The notes beneath the pieces were generated by a model that was not told where the DNA came from, searched no databases, and saw nothing but the letters and a program-made list of their open reading frames with translations. Of a stretch of 64,000 nucleotides of DNA, positions 18,849 to 27,546 are shown piece after piece. The translations under genes were made by a program, and so were the position numbers. The stretch's first letter is position 1; every line of letters starts with the position of its first letter. This DNA comes from Candidatus Poribacteria bacterium (GTDB taxonomy: Bacteria > Poribacteria > WGA-4E > WGA-3G), in assembly GCA_003635185.1 (NCBI GenBank), contig PYJA01000069.1, positions 1,027 through 65,026 of the forward strand, written 5' to 3'.

Positions 18849-19787
18849 TTATTGTTCAAAGAGAGACGGTTGATCTGTTTTGCTTTCGTCATCTGTGTTG
18901 CGATATTTGCCCACATTCTTGCCTTTTGATTTACGTTCCTTAAAGGTCATCTCTACTTGATGCAACCCAAGTTCTTCTTGGATTTTAGACATCTCACTGT
19001 GAGCATTATCTAATCTGTCGATCGTCATTTTCATGTATTCTTCGCTTCTGTCAATGCCAATGTATTTATGCCCTAAAAGTTTTGCTGCAACAGCAGTAGT
19101 ACCACTGCCAATGTAGGGGTCTAACACAACGCCTTGTGTCTCTGTATCTAAAATTGATATAATTACGCGTGCTGGTAACCAGAGCGGAAATGGTGCTGGA
19201 TGCGGATTATTTTTGCCGTTTTCAGGCACACCGCGCCATATAGATGTCAACTTCGCATCACAGGATCTCAATTCTGTGCCAATTAATTTGTTGTCTATAG
19301 GCTTATACAGCCAATAAATACGTTCCTCTACTTGCCAAAACCGCCAACCCCTTATGTTTCCTGCGATCATTCTGTCCCAAATGATTTCCTGCTTCACCGT
19401 CCATTCAGTTTTACGCAACCAGTCCATCGGATGATACATGTTGCCTCTCTCCCATCGGACTTTGTGATTATAGAAAAACGAACCTCCGGGAGCGGTTACA
19501 CGGTAAATCTCATTTAGCACATCTACTTGGTGCTGCTGATATTCAGGTTCAGGCACGGCATCTTTGTAGACATCATAAACCACGTTTTTGACAAGCCAAC
19601 CTTTATGCTTTTCCTGCTTGTTATAGGGCGGTGAAGTAACGCCAACATTGACGACATTATCGTCTATCTTATTCAAAACGCTAAGGGTATCGCCTTCAAT
19701 GAGTTTGCCTTCTTCGAGCGTATCTTTCGTAATTTGCTTACTTTCCAGAAAGTTACCTTTAAGCTGATGTTGATCGGTAATATTCAT
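18849..19787 (-). CDS. DNA methyltransferase M2 (SPPY-type, N4-cytosine/N6-adenine, beta-class)
   Basis: Motif IV GVTSPPYN and motif I VVLDPYIGSGTTAV. Its ATG overlaps the TGA of the upstream nuclease gene (ATGA). Confidence 0.9.
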   Translation of the reverse strand: MNITDQHQLKGNFLESKQITKDTLEEGKLIEGDTLSVLNKIDDNVVNVGVTSPPYNKQEKHKGWLVKNVVYDVYKDAVPEPEYQQHQVDVLNEIYRVTAPGGSFFYNHKVRWERGNMYHPMDWLRKTEWTVKQEIIWDRMIAGNIRGWRFWQVEERIYWLYKPIDNKLIGTELRSCDAKLTSIWRGVPENGKNNPHPAPFPLWLPARVIISILDTETQGVVLDPYIGSGTTAVAAKLLGHKYIGIDRSEEYMKMTIDRLDNAHSEMSKIQEELGLHQVEMTFKERKSKGKNVGKYRNTDDESKTDQPSLFEQ

Positions 19788-20452
19788 TGTGCTGTTTTCT
19801 CCAAATGTTCGAACACACCTCTTGTTATGTACGGCTTTGATTCGATGAGTTGCTGTTTAGAAGCGGTATAAATCGTTTCGAAACTCTCTACGTCCTTGTA
19901 ATGTATAAATGAAAAATCTGCACTTCGCAGGTATTGACCTATTCTATCACCATTAGGAAATCTGCGTTCAAGTTGTGCTTGTAATCGGGATGTAAAACTT
20001 TGTTCGTTAAAACTGAACCCGAATATGTAAATGAGGCGTCCATTAACAAAACCAGCAACCAACATGTTAGGGTTTTCTTCTTTATGCCTTTCGAACTTTT
20101 GCCAGCTGTAATCTGTGAAATTACCGCCACCATTCAATTTAGTGGGGGACTTAGCAGTAGAATCAGTCCGATAATTGCGAGGTTTTATTTCGCAGCGTTC
20201 GACTTTTCCAGTAAGCGTATTATGTCTAAAACCGTTATACCCCAGTTTTTCTGAGCTAGGTTCATACCCAGCTACTACAGCTACAACTAACTCGCGCATA
20301 GTAGAAGAATTCAAATCATTGTAATATTTCGTAAGTAATTCTAAAAGCATCGCAATCAGACTGTCTTTAGATTTACTGATCAGATTGGCACTGATTTCGG
20401 TGTGTTCTTTTATGGTATAATCTTCGATAAGTTGTAAAAGGTCCTTGTTCAT
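19784..20452 (-). CDS. putative type II restriction endonuclease (PD-ExK-like)
   Basis: A 222-aa ORF translationally coupled to M2. It has a candidate catalytic E-x-K block (VERCEIKP). I recognise no other family. Confidence 0.55.
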   Translation of the reverse strand: MNKDLLQLIEDYTIKEHTEISANLISKSKDSLIAMLLELLTKYYNDLNSSTMRELVVAVVAGYEPSSEKLGYNGFRHNTLTGKVERCEIKPRNYRTDSTAKSPTKLNGGGNFTDYSWQKFERHKEENPNMLVAGFVNGRLIYIFGFSFNEQSFTSRLQAQLERRFPNGDRIGQYLRSADFSFIHYKDVESFETIYTASKQQLIESKPYITRGVFEHLEKTAQ

Positions 20453-20494
20453 ACAATAATCACTTCATATTGTTTCTCTATCTTGGTTAGTTTA

Positions 20495-20568
20495 GCAATA
20501 CCTTTGTTGTGTCTGCAACGATAATCGTATTGGCGAATATTTCTGCCTTCATGTTTTGTTCCGATTAC
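20495..20568 (-). pseudogene. relic duplicate of the 5' UTR plus first ~19 codons of methyltransferase M1
   Basis: About 75 bp align with 18731-18805 with roughly 7 mismatches. The relic encodes [21 protein letters not shown]-stop, compared with [19 protein letters not shown]... in M1. Confidence 0.8.
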
Positions 20569-20650
20569 TTCATTCTGTATTGCGCGATTTACCAATCAAA
20601 TTCGTTTTCAAATTGAACGTGTATTCTTTTCAGTGGATACAGTCCAAATA

Positions 20651-21382
20651 TCAGTTACTGCTTCTTGGTACTTGTTCAATAATACGGTCAGCAAGTTTTG
20701 AAAAAGGTAAACTTTGGAGGTAAACAGTGCCAGTGCCTTGTAGAGTCGCGAGAAAAAGCCCTTCACCACCGAAGAACATTGACTTTAAGCCTTTGACCAT
20801 TTCAATGTCATAATCAACGCCAGATGTGAAAGCGACAAGGCAACCGGTATCAATGCGGAGTGTGTCGTTGACAAGTTCCTTTTTGATGACAGTCCCACCA
20901 GCATGCACAAAAGCCATGCCATCGCCACGTAGGAGTTGGAGGATAAAGCCCTCACCACCGAAAAAACCTCTTCCCAATTTTCGTGAAAAGGCGATGCTTA
21001 GCTCGGTACCCAAAGCGGCGCATAGGAAAGCATCCTTCTGACAGGTTAGTTCTCCACCCATTTCAGCAAGGTCAATGGGGATAATATGACCGGGATAGGG
21101 CGCGGCAAAAGCAACTCGTCTCTTGTTGCTGCCCGTATTGGTAAAGTGAGTCAAAAATAGCGACTCACCAGTGAGCGCACGTTTGCCTGCACTGAAGAGT
21201 TTGCCCATTAAACCCTCGTCACCACCTGAACCGTCGCCCATTTTTGCTTCGTACTCTATGTCTTCCTCCATCCAGTTCATCGCACCGGCTTCCGCGACAA
21301 TTGTCTCACCTAAGTCAAGTTCAACCTCAACGACTTGCATATCGTTGCCAAAAATTTCGTAATCTACTTCGTGGCTTTGCAT
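20651..21382 (-). CDS. AIM24 / TIGR00266-family protein (DUF124)
   Basis: The pattern is characteristic of the family: VDYEI.G...QVVEVEL......VAEAGAM.WM, then GGEGF, then GTVYLQSLP. Confidence 0.8.
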   Translation of the reverse strand: MQSHEVDYEIFGNDMQVVEVELDLGETIVAEAGAMNWMEEDIEYEAKMGDGSGGDEGLMGKLFSAGKRALTGESLFLTHFTNTGSNKRRVAFAAPYPGHIIPIDLAEMGGELTCQKDAFLCAALGTELSIAFSRKLGRGFFGGEGFILQLLRGDGMAFVHAGGTVIKKELVNDTLRIDTGCLVAFTSGVDYDIEMVKGLKSMFFGGEGLFLATLQGTGTVYLQSLPFSKLADRIIEQVPRSSN

Positions 21383-21570
21383 TGTGTTGTTCCTTTCAGT
21401 GATTTTGTTGAATTATAATGTTGCAGCAGAAGAAACCTGCTACTGCTCTGTGTAATAGTTATCTCTATTTGTTAGAAATGATAGCAGGTTTGGCAAAAAC
21501 TCTCAAGAAAAAGTCGCTTTATTATTCTTTCCAAACTGTTCCGAATAGGCATCATGTAGAATTTTCTGCA

Positions 21571-23139
21571 CTAATTTTCATTTTTTTCTACTGCTTCCAC
21601 AGAAATTTTTGCATAAAAAGCATTGACGTTTCCTTTACCACTGAACCAAGTGCCGGTAGCACCCAGCTTAAAGATTTTACCTTCGTTAAAAGGATATTGT
21701 ATTTTTCCTATCTGTCCAGATGGAATATCCCATACAGAGGCCCGTGCTTCGGTTGGAATTCCTCTTGTAGGCAATTCGGTATCGCCATCAAACAGATCAA
21801 ACGATCCACCTGATTTGGCGCTACCCATCCGAATATCAATCATAAGCACACCACCATCTTTAAACGCTATGGTATCAATCGTAATAACGTTATAGTCTTG
21901 CTCGCCGTATCCTGGCGCGCGAAGTATGTGTAGGACCTCTTGCTCAAAATGTTCTTTATTGAGGGTTATATTTGCACCAGTTAATAGAGGTTCTGATATG
22001 TTCTCACCGAATCCAGGGAATTTCGCATCTAAGGAATCCATGAGAAACATAAGGTAACCATCCTCTTCCGAAATGCCCTTTTGATAGCAGTCGTCAAAGA
22101 AATCATTAAGAGGAAGTTTTCCCATCACATCAAATTCAGGAGAAATCACTAAACAATCCACCGGTGAACCTTCTGTCCATCCTTCCATGATGGCTTGTGC
22201 CAAAGGATATGTTGTGTTTAATGTTTTTCCTTCTCGCTCGCGTCTTTTTGCTATTGGCTCTCGTAAACTGGGAGTACGTCCTAATTCGGCATTGGTTACC
22301 CAAGTATTGATAAAGTTTTCATTTAGGAATTCAATGATTTGGTTATCAGAGAGGACAACTGCCCTCAATTCTTTGCCGCTCCCTCAGCAAGCCTCGTCGA
22401 CTAATGGACCATCTATTGAGACTACATGAATGAGCTTAACCTCTTGTTCTGCTATCTCTACTGCTTGATCTGGTGGCACCCAGTTAATTTTTTCCGACTT
22501 GTAGAAACACAGTATTAGTGCACGTTCCGCCTCTTCTTGGGTAATTGACATGGCGAATTCGAGATCATCAGGTTGTGTGCCTGCACAGAGTTCTATTTGA
22601 GGACAGAAACCGATGTCTGTACAGCCTATCGTATCCCAACCAACATCGAAATTCAGTGTCGTTTCAGGCACGTGCATCTGAAAGCGGACGATTTTATCTT
22701 TGGTTTGGTCGATGACGAGATGACCAGCAAACTGGGACGGTGTGAACCAACCCCCCTTTAAAGCAAATTCTGCATGAATGCGAAACACAATGTCTGCAAA
22801 TTCATCGTTGTAGGCGCGTAGACATGCCCACAGACCTTGTGAGTCTTCCGCATCCATTTCCAGGCGTGGATCGGGATGGAGTTGCTGTAGCAACGTCAGC
22901 GCGCTTTCTTCTTGAATCTGCCAACATTCACCCACCGCAACCGCTTCTGATGGCAGAAAAGATTGAAAAACCGAAGCAGGATATTGCTTTTCCGGTTCAA
23001 CGACACGCAGATTTGCCAATTCGTCCCACTCCACGTGGAAATTGTATTGTGTGTATTCAATCGGAGCAATGAAGCCTTTGACGCTGACTTCCGCGTTCCT
23101 ATCAAGATTAAGTGTGATTTGGTTTTGTAAAGTTTCCAT
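21571..23139 (-). CDS. candidate selenoprotein, copy 1 (522 codons if the TGA at 22384-22386 is decoded as Sec); thioredoxin-fold-like centre with a C-U-G motif
   Basis: ORFs 22384..23139 and 21571..22368 share one frame and are separated only by a TGA. Conservation with copy 2 runs across the TGA. Confidence 0.6.
22351..22366 (-). promoter_or_regulatory. small hairpin 17 nt downstream of the in-frame UGA (candidate bacterial SECIS apical stem-loop), copy 1
   Basis: The mRNA reads UGA-N17-GAGGGC-AGUU-GUCCUC. That is a 6-bp stem and a 4-nt loop containing G and U. Confidence 0.4.
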
Positions 23140-23140
23140 T

Positions 23141-24700
23141 TCAGTTTTCCTCTACAGAAATTTTTGCCTTAAAAGCATTGGTGCTGCCCTTCTCACTTCT
23201 ACCGTAACACCCGGTAGCACCCAACTTAAAAAACTGACCTCGGTCAAAACGGTGCGTGAGTTGCCCTGTCTCATCAGGTTCCAACCACTTCATCGCAAGT
23301 ACCATGTATTTAGTCACTCTTTCTGTTGTAGGGAGGTCGTCGTCACCATCAACTAAATAGAAGTGCCCTTCCGCATCGGCTCTCCCGGTTTCAATATCAA
23401 TAGTTAGCGTGCCGCCCTTTTCAAACGCCCTTGCATCAATTACAACGACTGTATAATCCTTATAACCAACTATTGGTGTCCGAAAAACATCAAAGACATC
23501 CTGTGAAGGTTCTTCACTGTTCAGAGTGATGTTCCCCAATCCGGGCTGCTTCCCCTCCAAACACTCCTTGAGGAACATAAGGTAACTCTCCTCGTCTCGG
23601 CGTTTTTTCTCCCAATTGTCGTTGAAGAATTCATTGACGAGTTGTCTGCCCATCAATTCAAAATCAGCTGATATGACGAAACAGTCTACGGGTGAACCTT
23701 TCTTTGATCCGGTTTTCCACCCCTTTATAATGGCTTGTGCCAACGGATGGCTTGTGTCGAATATCTTACCTTCGCGCTCGCATCTTTTGGCAATCGGATC
23801 TCGCAAACTCTGAGTACGTCCTAATTCAGCATCTGCCACCCAAGTGTTGATGAAATTTTCGTTCAGGAATTCAATGTTTTGGTCGTCAGAGAGAGCACCT
23901 GCCCTCAGGCTTTTGCCACTCCCTCAGCACGACTCATCCGCAAGTGGTCCACCTGATGAAATGGCGTGAATCGGTTTCTGTAGGACAGGTGCCAATTCCA
24001 ACGCTTTCTCCAGCGGGACCCAGTTAATTTGCGCTGACTTGTAAAAACATAACATTAATGTGTGCAATGCTTCCTCTTGTGTGATTGCTACTGTGAATTT
24101 AGCATCTTGCAAAACGTCTTGTTCACCTGCACAGAGTTCCATTTGCGGACAAAAACCGATGTCCGCTCCGCAGAGTCCATCTCTAATTGTCCAACGTGCA
24201 TCAAAGTTCAATGTGGCATCCGGAACGTGCATCTTGAAGGAGGCAACTTTCTTTTCTAATCGGTCAATAACCAGATGTCCAGCAAACTGCGATGGCGCAA
24301 ACCACCCTTTTTCTAAAACGAATTCCGCGTGAATACGGAACAGAATCTCAGCAAACGCACTGTTGTAGGCGCGTAGACATGCCCACAAACCGTAAGAATC
24401 CGCCCCACCAATTTTCAACTCCAATTGTGGGTTTGGACTGAGTTGTCGCAGCAGTGTTAATGCGCCTTCTTCTTGAATTTGCCAACATTCACCCACTGAA
24501 ACCGACTTCGATGGCAGGAATGCTTGAAAAATGGAGGTAGGATATTGCTTCTCTGGTTCAGCAGCCTTTAGATTTGCCAATTCGTCCCAATCCACGTGGT
24601 AGTTGCGTTGGGTATATTCAATCGGGGCAATGAAACCTCTGACTAAAACCTCTGCATCACCGTCAAGATTAAGCGTGATTTTGTCTGATAAAGTACTCAT
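23141..24700 (-). CDS. candidate selenoprotein, copy 2 (519 codons if the TGA at 23924-23926 is decoded as Sec)
   Basis: ORFs 23924..24700 and 23141..23839 are in one frame. The 28 codons after the TGA contain no stop and no ATG/GTG/TTG, yet they encode the conserved LSDDQNIEFLNENFINTW block. Confidence 0.6.
23891..23906 (-). promoter_or_regulatory. small hairpin 17 nt downstream of the in-frame UGA (candidate SECIS apical stem-loop), copy 2
   Basis: The mRNA reads UGA-N17-GAGGGC-AGGU-GCUCUC. Spacing is the same as in copy 1. The two differing 3'-arm positions swap G-C and G-U pairs, so pairing is preserved. Confidence 0.4.
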
Positions 24701-24788
24701 TTTACTTCTCCAGTAAAGAAATTTTTATCTACTTATACACATTTTCGGATGCAGTTTTGCGGAATTATTGTGGAGAAGTAAAATGAGT
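24695..24788 (-). promoter_or_regulatory. 18-bp perfect inverted repeat able to sequester the SD and AUG of selenoprotein copy 2
   Basis: 24771-24788 (tggagaagtaaaatgagt) is the exact reverse complement of 24695-24712. The latter contains GGAGAAG and the start codon of the 24700 gene. Confidence 0.45.
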
Positions 24789-25308
24789 TCTAAAGATAGA
24801 TGGTTGTTCAGATAAGGTCCGAGGGAACTCCGATTCCCGATTACCGTCGCGATTCGAAGATCGCTCATACCTTGGATTAGATATAACGAGGTTTTGTCGT
24901 AGCACAAAAAGCAGTGGTACACCTGCCTCGTGCGCGCAGAAAAATTACCGAATTAATAACTTAAACTTCATACAGTTTGCGCTACAGACAAAGCCTATCA
25001 ATCATGTTTTCCTTGACAAAAAAAGTATATCACATAAAATAGGAGTAGATTTTCGCAATTATCTTGGACCCACACACTTTAAAATATCAAAGGACGAATA
25101 TGTCAATAACCCTGTGCTTTAGCATCGGGGCTTGTGCGAACCACCTGCCAAGCGGTCAATGCACGAGTTAAACGGTTGACTACAGTAAAACATCGCATTA
25201 TCTTAACGTGGCCGTTGACACAATGTATTGGATGCTCCCCAAGTCTGATACCTCTTGGATAGTGTGATCTGGATGGGGCAATATAAACTCTTCGGAGGAT
25301 TACTAACC

Positions 25309-26343
25309 ATGTTAGTTCCAGTAGTAGCTAAGAATCAAAATCCACTTATGCCCACTAAGCCTTCGCGGGCAAGAAAGTGGATTAGAGATAAGAAGGCAAC
25401 CCCGTTTTGGAAGAACGGCATCTTTTGTGTTAGGCTTAATATTGAACCTTCAGACAGATATTTTCAAGAGATCGCAGTAGGCGTGGATCCTGGAAGTAAG
25501 AAAGAGGACTTTACAGTCAAGTCTAAAGCACATACCTATCTGAATGTGCAAGCCGATGCTCACAAAGTTGTTGGCAAGAAGATTGCCAAAAGACGCGAAC
25601 TCCGCAGAAGCAGACGATCTCGGAAGTGTCCGAATCGAAAGAATAGGACAAACCGATTAGCCAACAAAGCACGTGTCCCTGCTGGCACGCGTGTGAGGTG
25701 GGACTGGAAGCTAAGGATAGTGGATTGGCTGTCTAAATTGTATCCTGTTACGAAAATCTGTGTGGAGGACATCAAAGCACGGACAAAACCTGATAAGGAT
25801 AGATGGAATCGGTCTTTTAGTCCGTTGGAAGTAGGGAAACGCTGGTTTGTTTCGGAACTGATAACACGGTTTGGTGTGGGCAACGTATTTATGTATAAAG
25901 GTTTATGGACTTCTGCACGTAGGCAGGCATTAGGCTTAGAAAAGTTATCTGATAAGTTGTCTGACGATTTCTCTGCACATTGTGTAGATAGTTGGGTGAT
26001 GGCACATTCAGTTGTCAACGGAGATAGCAAAAAGGCGATGTCCATGAAACCTGATAATACGCAAGTCTTTTGCATAGCACCTATACCGATACGGAGACGC
26101 GAACTACACCGACAAAATCCACAACGCGGTGGTAAAAGACCCAGATACGGTGGCACAATGTGTTTAGGCATTGTCAAGAATACACTTGTCAAACACGTCA
26201 AACACGGATTGCTGCGGGTAACAGGATACGACACAAGAGGCGGACTCAATCTCAGTGAAATCACAAGCAGTAAGCGTATCGGAAGAGGTGCGAAGCCACA
26301 GAGTTTTCGCATACTCACAAAACTAAACTTTCAATACAAATAG
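25309..26343 (+). CDS. isrB: IsrB-like OMEGA-family RuvC nuclease (IscB relative lacking the HNH insert)
   Basis: N-terminal PLMP motif (VAKNQNPLMPTKPSRARKW), RuvC-I GVDPGSK, and an Arg-rich bridge helix KRRELRRSRRSRKCPNRKNRTNR. RuvC-II is ICVEDIK and RuvC-III is AHCVDSW, with only about 70 aa and no HNH/Cys motifs between them. The ATG at 25309 follows GGAGG. Confidence 0.75.
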   Translation: MLVPVVAKNQNPLMPTKPSRARKWIRDKKATPFWKNGIFCVRLNIEPSDRYFQEIAVGVDPGSKKEDFTVKSKAHTYLNVQADAHKVVGKKIAKRRELRRSRRSRKCPNRKNRTNRLANKARVPAGTRVRWDWKLRIVDWLSKLYPVTKICVEDIKARTKPDKDRWNRSFSPLEVGKRWFVSELITRFGVGNVFMYKGLWTSARRQALGLEKLSDKLSDDFSAHCVDSWVMAHSVVNGDSKKAMSMKPDNTQVFCIAPIPIRRRELHRQNPQRGGKRPRYGGTMCLGIVKNTLVKHVKHGLLRVTGYDTRGGLNLSEITSSKRIGRGAKPQSFRILTKLNFQYK

Positions 26344-26398
26344 GAGCGAGCATTCCCCACCGAGCTAAAGCTGCGGTGTCCCCTGCTCGAATATTTAG

Positions 26399-27466
26399 AT
26401 GGAAAAAACGCATCTATTCCACGCGCCTCACCTTCACGCGATTGCCCGTACGATTTTTGTTGCTGCTGGCGCATCTCAACATATTGCTGACGATGTTGCC
26501 GAGATTCTTGTTAAAGCTCATTTAGCCGGTCATGATTCACACGGTGTGCTGAGAATCCCAGCATACATCAGAGGCATTGATGCTGGAAACATAAAACCTT
26601 CTGCAGAACCTGAAGTCGTTGCCGAAACTGACAACACGTTACGCGTTGATGGAAAGGGGGCTTTTGGACACTATGTTTCACGATGGTCAATCCGGAAAGC
26701 CATAGCAAAAGCAAAGACATCTGCTGCTTGTTGTGTGAGTATTTTCAACACGGGACATATTGGTCGGTTAGGTGAGTATGCGGAAGAAGCAGCGGGAGCT
26801 GAGTGTATCGGGCTAATTTCTGTCGGAATGGGTGGCAAAGGTGCAGGTCCAACGGTGCCTTATGGCGGTTCACAAGGCACTTTCAGCACGAATCCGATCG
26901 CTATCGGTGTCCCAACAGGCGATGATGCGCCATTTATTGTTGACTACGCAACAAGTGTGATTGCCGAAGGTAAAATTCAGGTTGCGCGTAGCAAAGGGAC
27001 AGAATTGCCCGAAGGATGTATTTTAGATAAACACGGTGCACCGAGTATTAAACCTGCTGATTTTTACGATGGCGGCGCGCTTCTTGCATTTGGCAAACAT
27101 AAGGGATATGCGCTTGCAATGTTTACATGTTTGCTCGGCGGATTGGCGGGAACGTTTGATGCTGAGACAGGGCGAATGGGCGGCATCTTCATGCAAGTCA
27201 TTGATGTTAATGCTTTTACGCCAATAGCAGAATACCAGAAAGGGGTTCGTGCGTTTTTAGATGTTATTAAAGCTACACCACCTGCACACGGATTTGATGA
27301 AGTCTTAGTTCCAGGTGATTTTGAATCCCGCTACCGTGCTGAACGCCTACAGAGTGGGATTGAGATACCGTATACCATCAAAAATCAACTTCAGGAATGT
27401 GCAGATAAATTTGGGATTTCAATCGGTGCCGAGATAATCGGAGCAGAAGATAAAGCACGGTATTAA
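26399..27466 (+). CDS. Ldh_2-family (malate/L-lactate/sulfolactate-type) oxidoreductase
   Basis: Family blocks HDSHGV, GHIGRLGEY, FSTNPIA, DYATS and FGKHKGYAL. Confidence 0.85.
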   Translation: MEKTHLFHAPHLHAIARTIFVAAGASQHIADDVAEILVKAHLAGHDSHGVLRIPAYIRGIDAGNIKPSAEPEVVAETDNTLRVDGKGAFGHYVSRWSIRKAIAKAKTSAACCVSIFNTGHIGRLGEYAEEAAGAECIGLISVGMGGKGAGPTVPYGGSQGTFSTNPIAIGVPTGDDAPFIVDYATSVIAEGKIQVARSKGTELPEGCILDKHGAPSIKPADFYDGGALLAFGKHKGYALAMFTCLLGGLAGTFDAETGRMGGIFMQVIDVNAFTPIAEYQKGVRAFLDVIKATPPAHGFDEVLVPGDFESRYRAERLQSGIEIPYTIKNQLQECADKFGISIGAEIIGAEDKARY

Positions 27467-27546
27467 ATGGTATTCAGTTGTTGGATAGGTTTCCAGAGTA
27501 AAGAGAATTAATTAGCAAAGATTAAGACTATAACGCGAGTTCAGTG

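Noticed and set aside
20495-20560. The 21-codon [24 protein letters not shown] as a real leader peptide or small gene.
   Set aside because: It is a diverged copy of the first codons of methyltransferase M1 and ends at a premature stop. It is best explained as a duplication relic, although a role in coupling translation to the R gene cannot be excluded.
21418-21813. 131-aa and 104-aa plus-strand ORFs (21418..21813 and 23042..23356) in the selenoprotein region.
   Set aside because: They are antisense to the conserved paralogous minus-strand genes. The plus-strand translations are not conserved between the two copies in any meaningful way.
21571-24700. The in-frame TGAs might reflect a reassigned genetic code (TGA = Trp or Gly) rather than selenocysteine.
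   Set aside because: TGA clearly terminates other well-supported genes in the window, with correct family-typical lengths: the permease at 3344-3346, zorB at 7534-7536 and the R gene at 19784-19786. A global reassignment is therefore unlikely.
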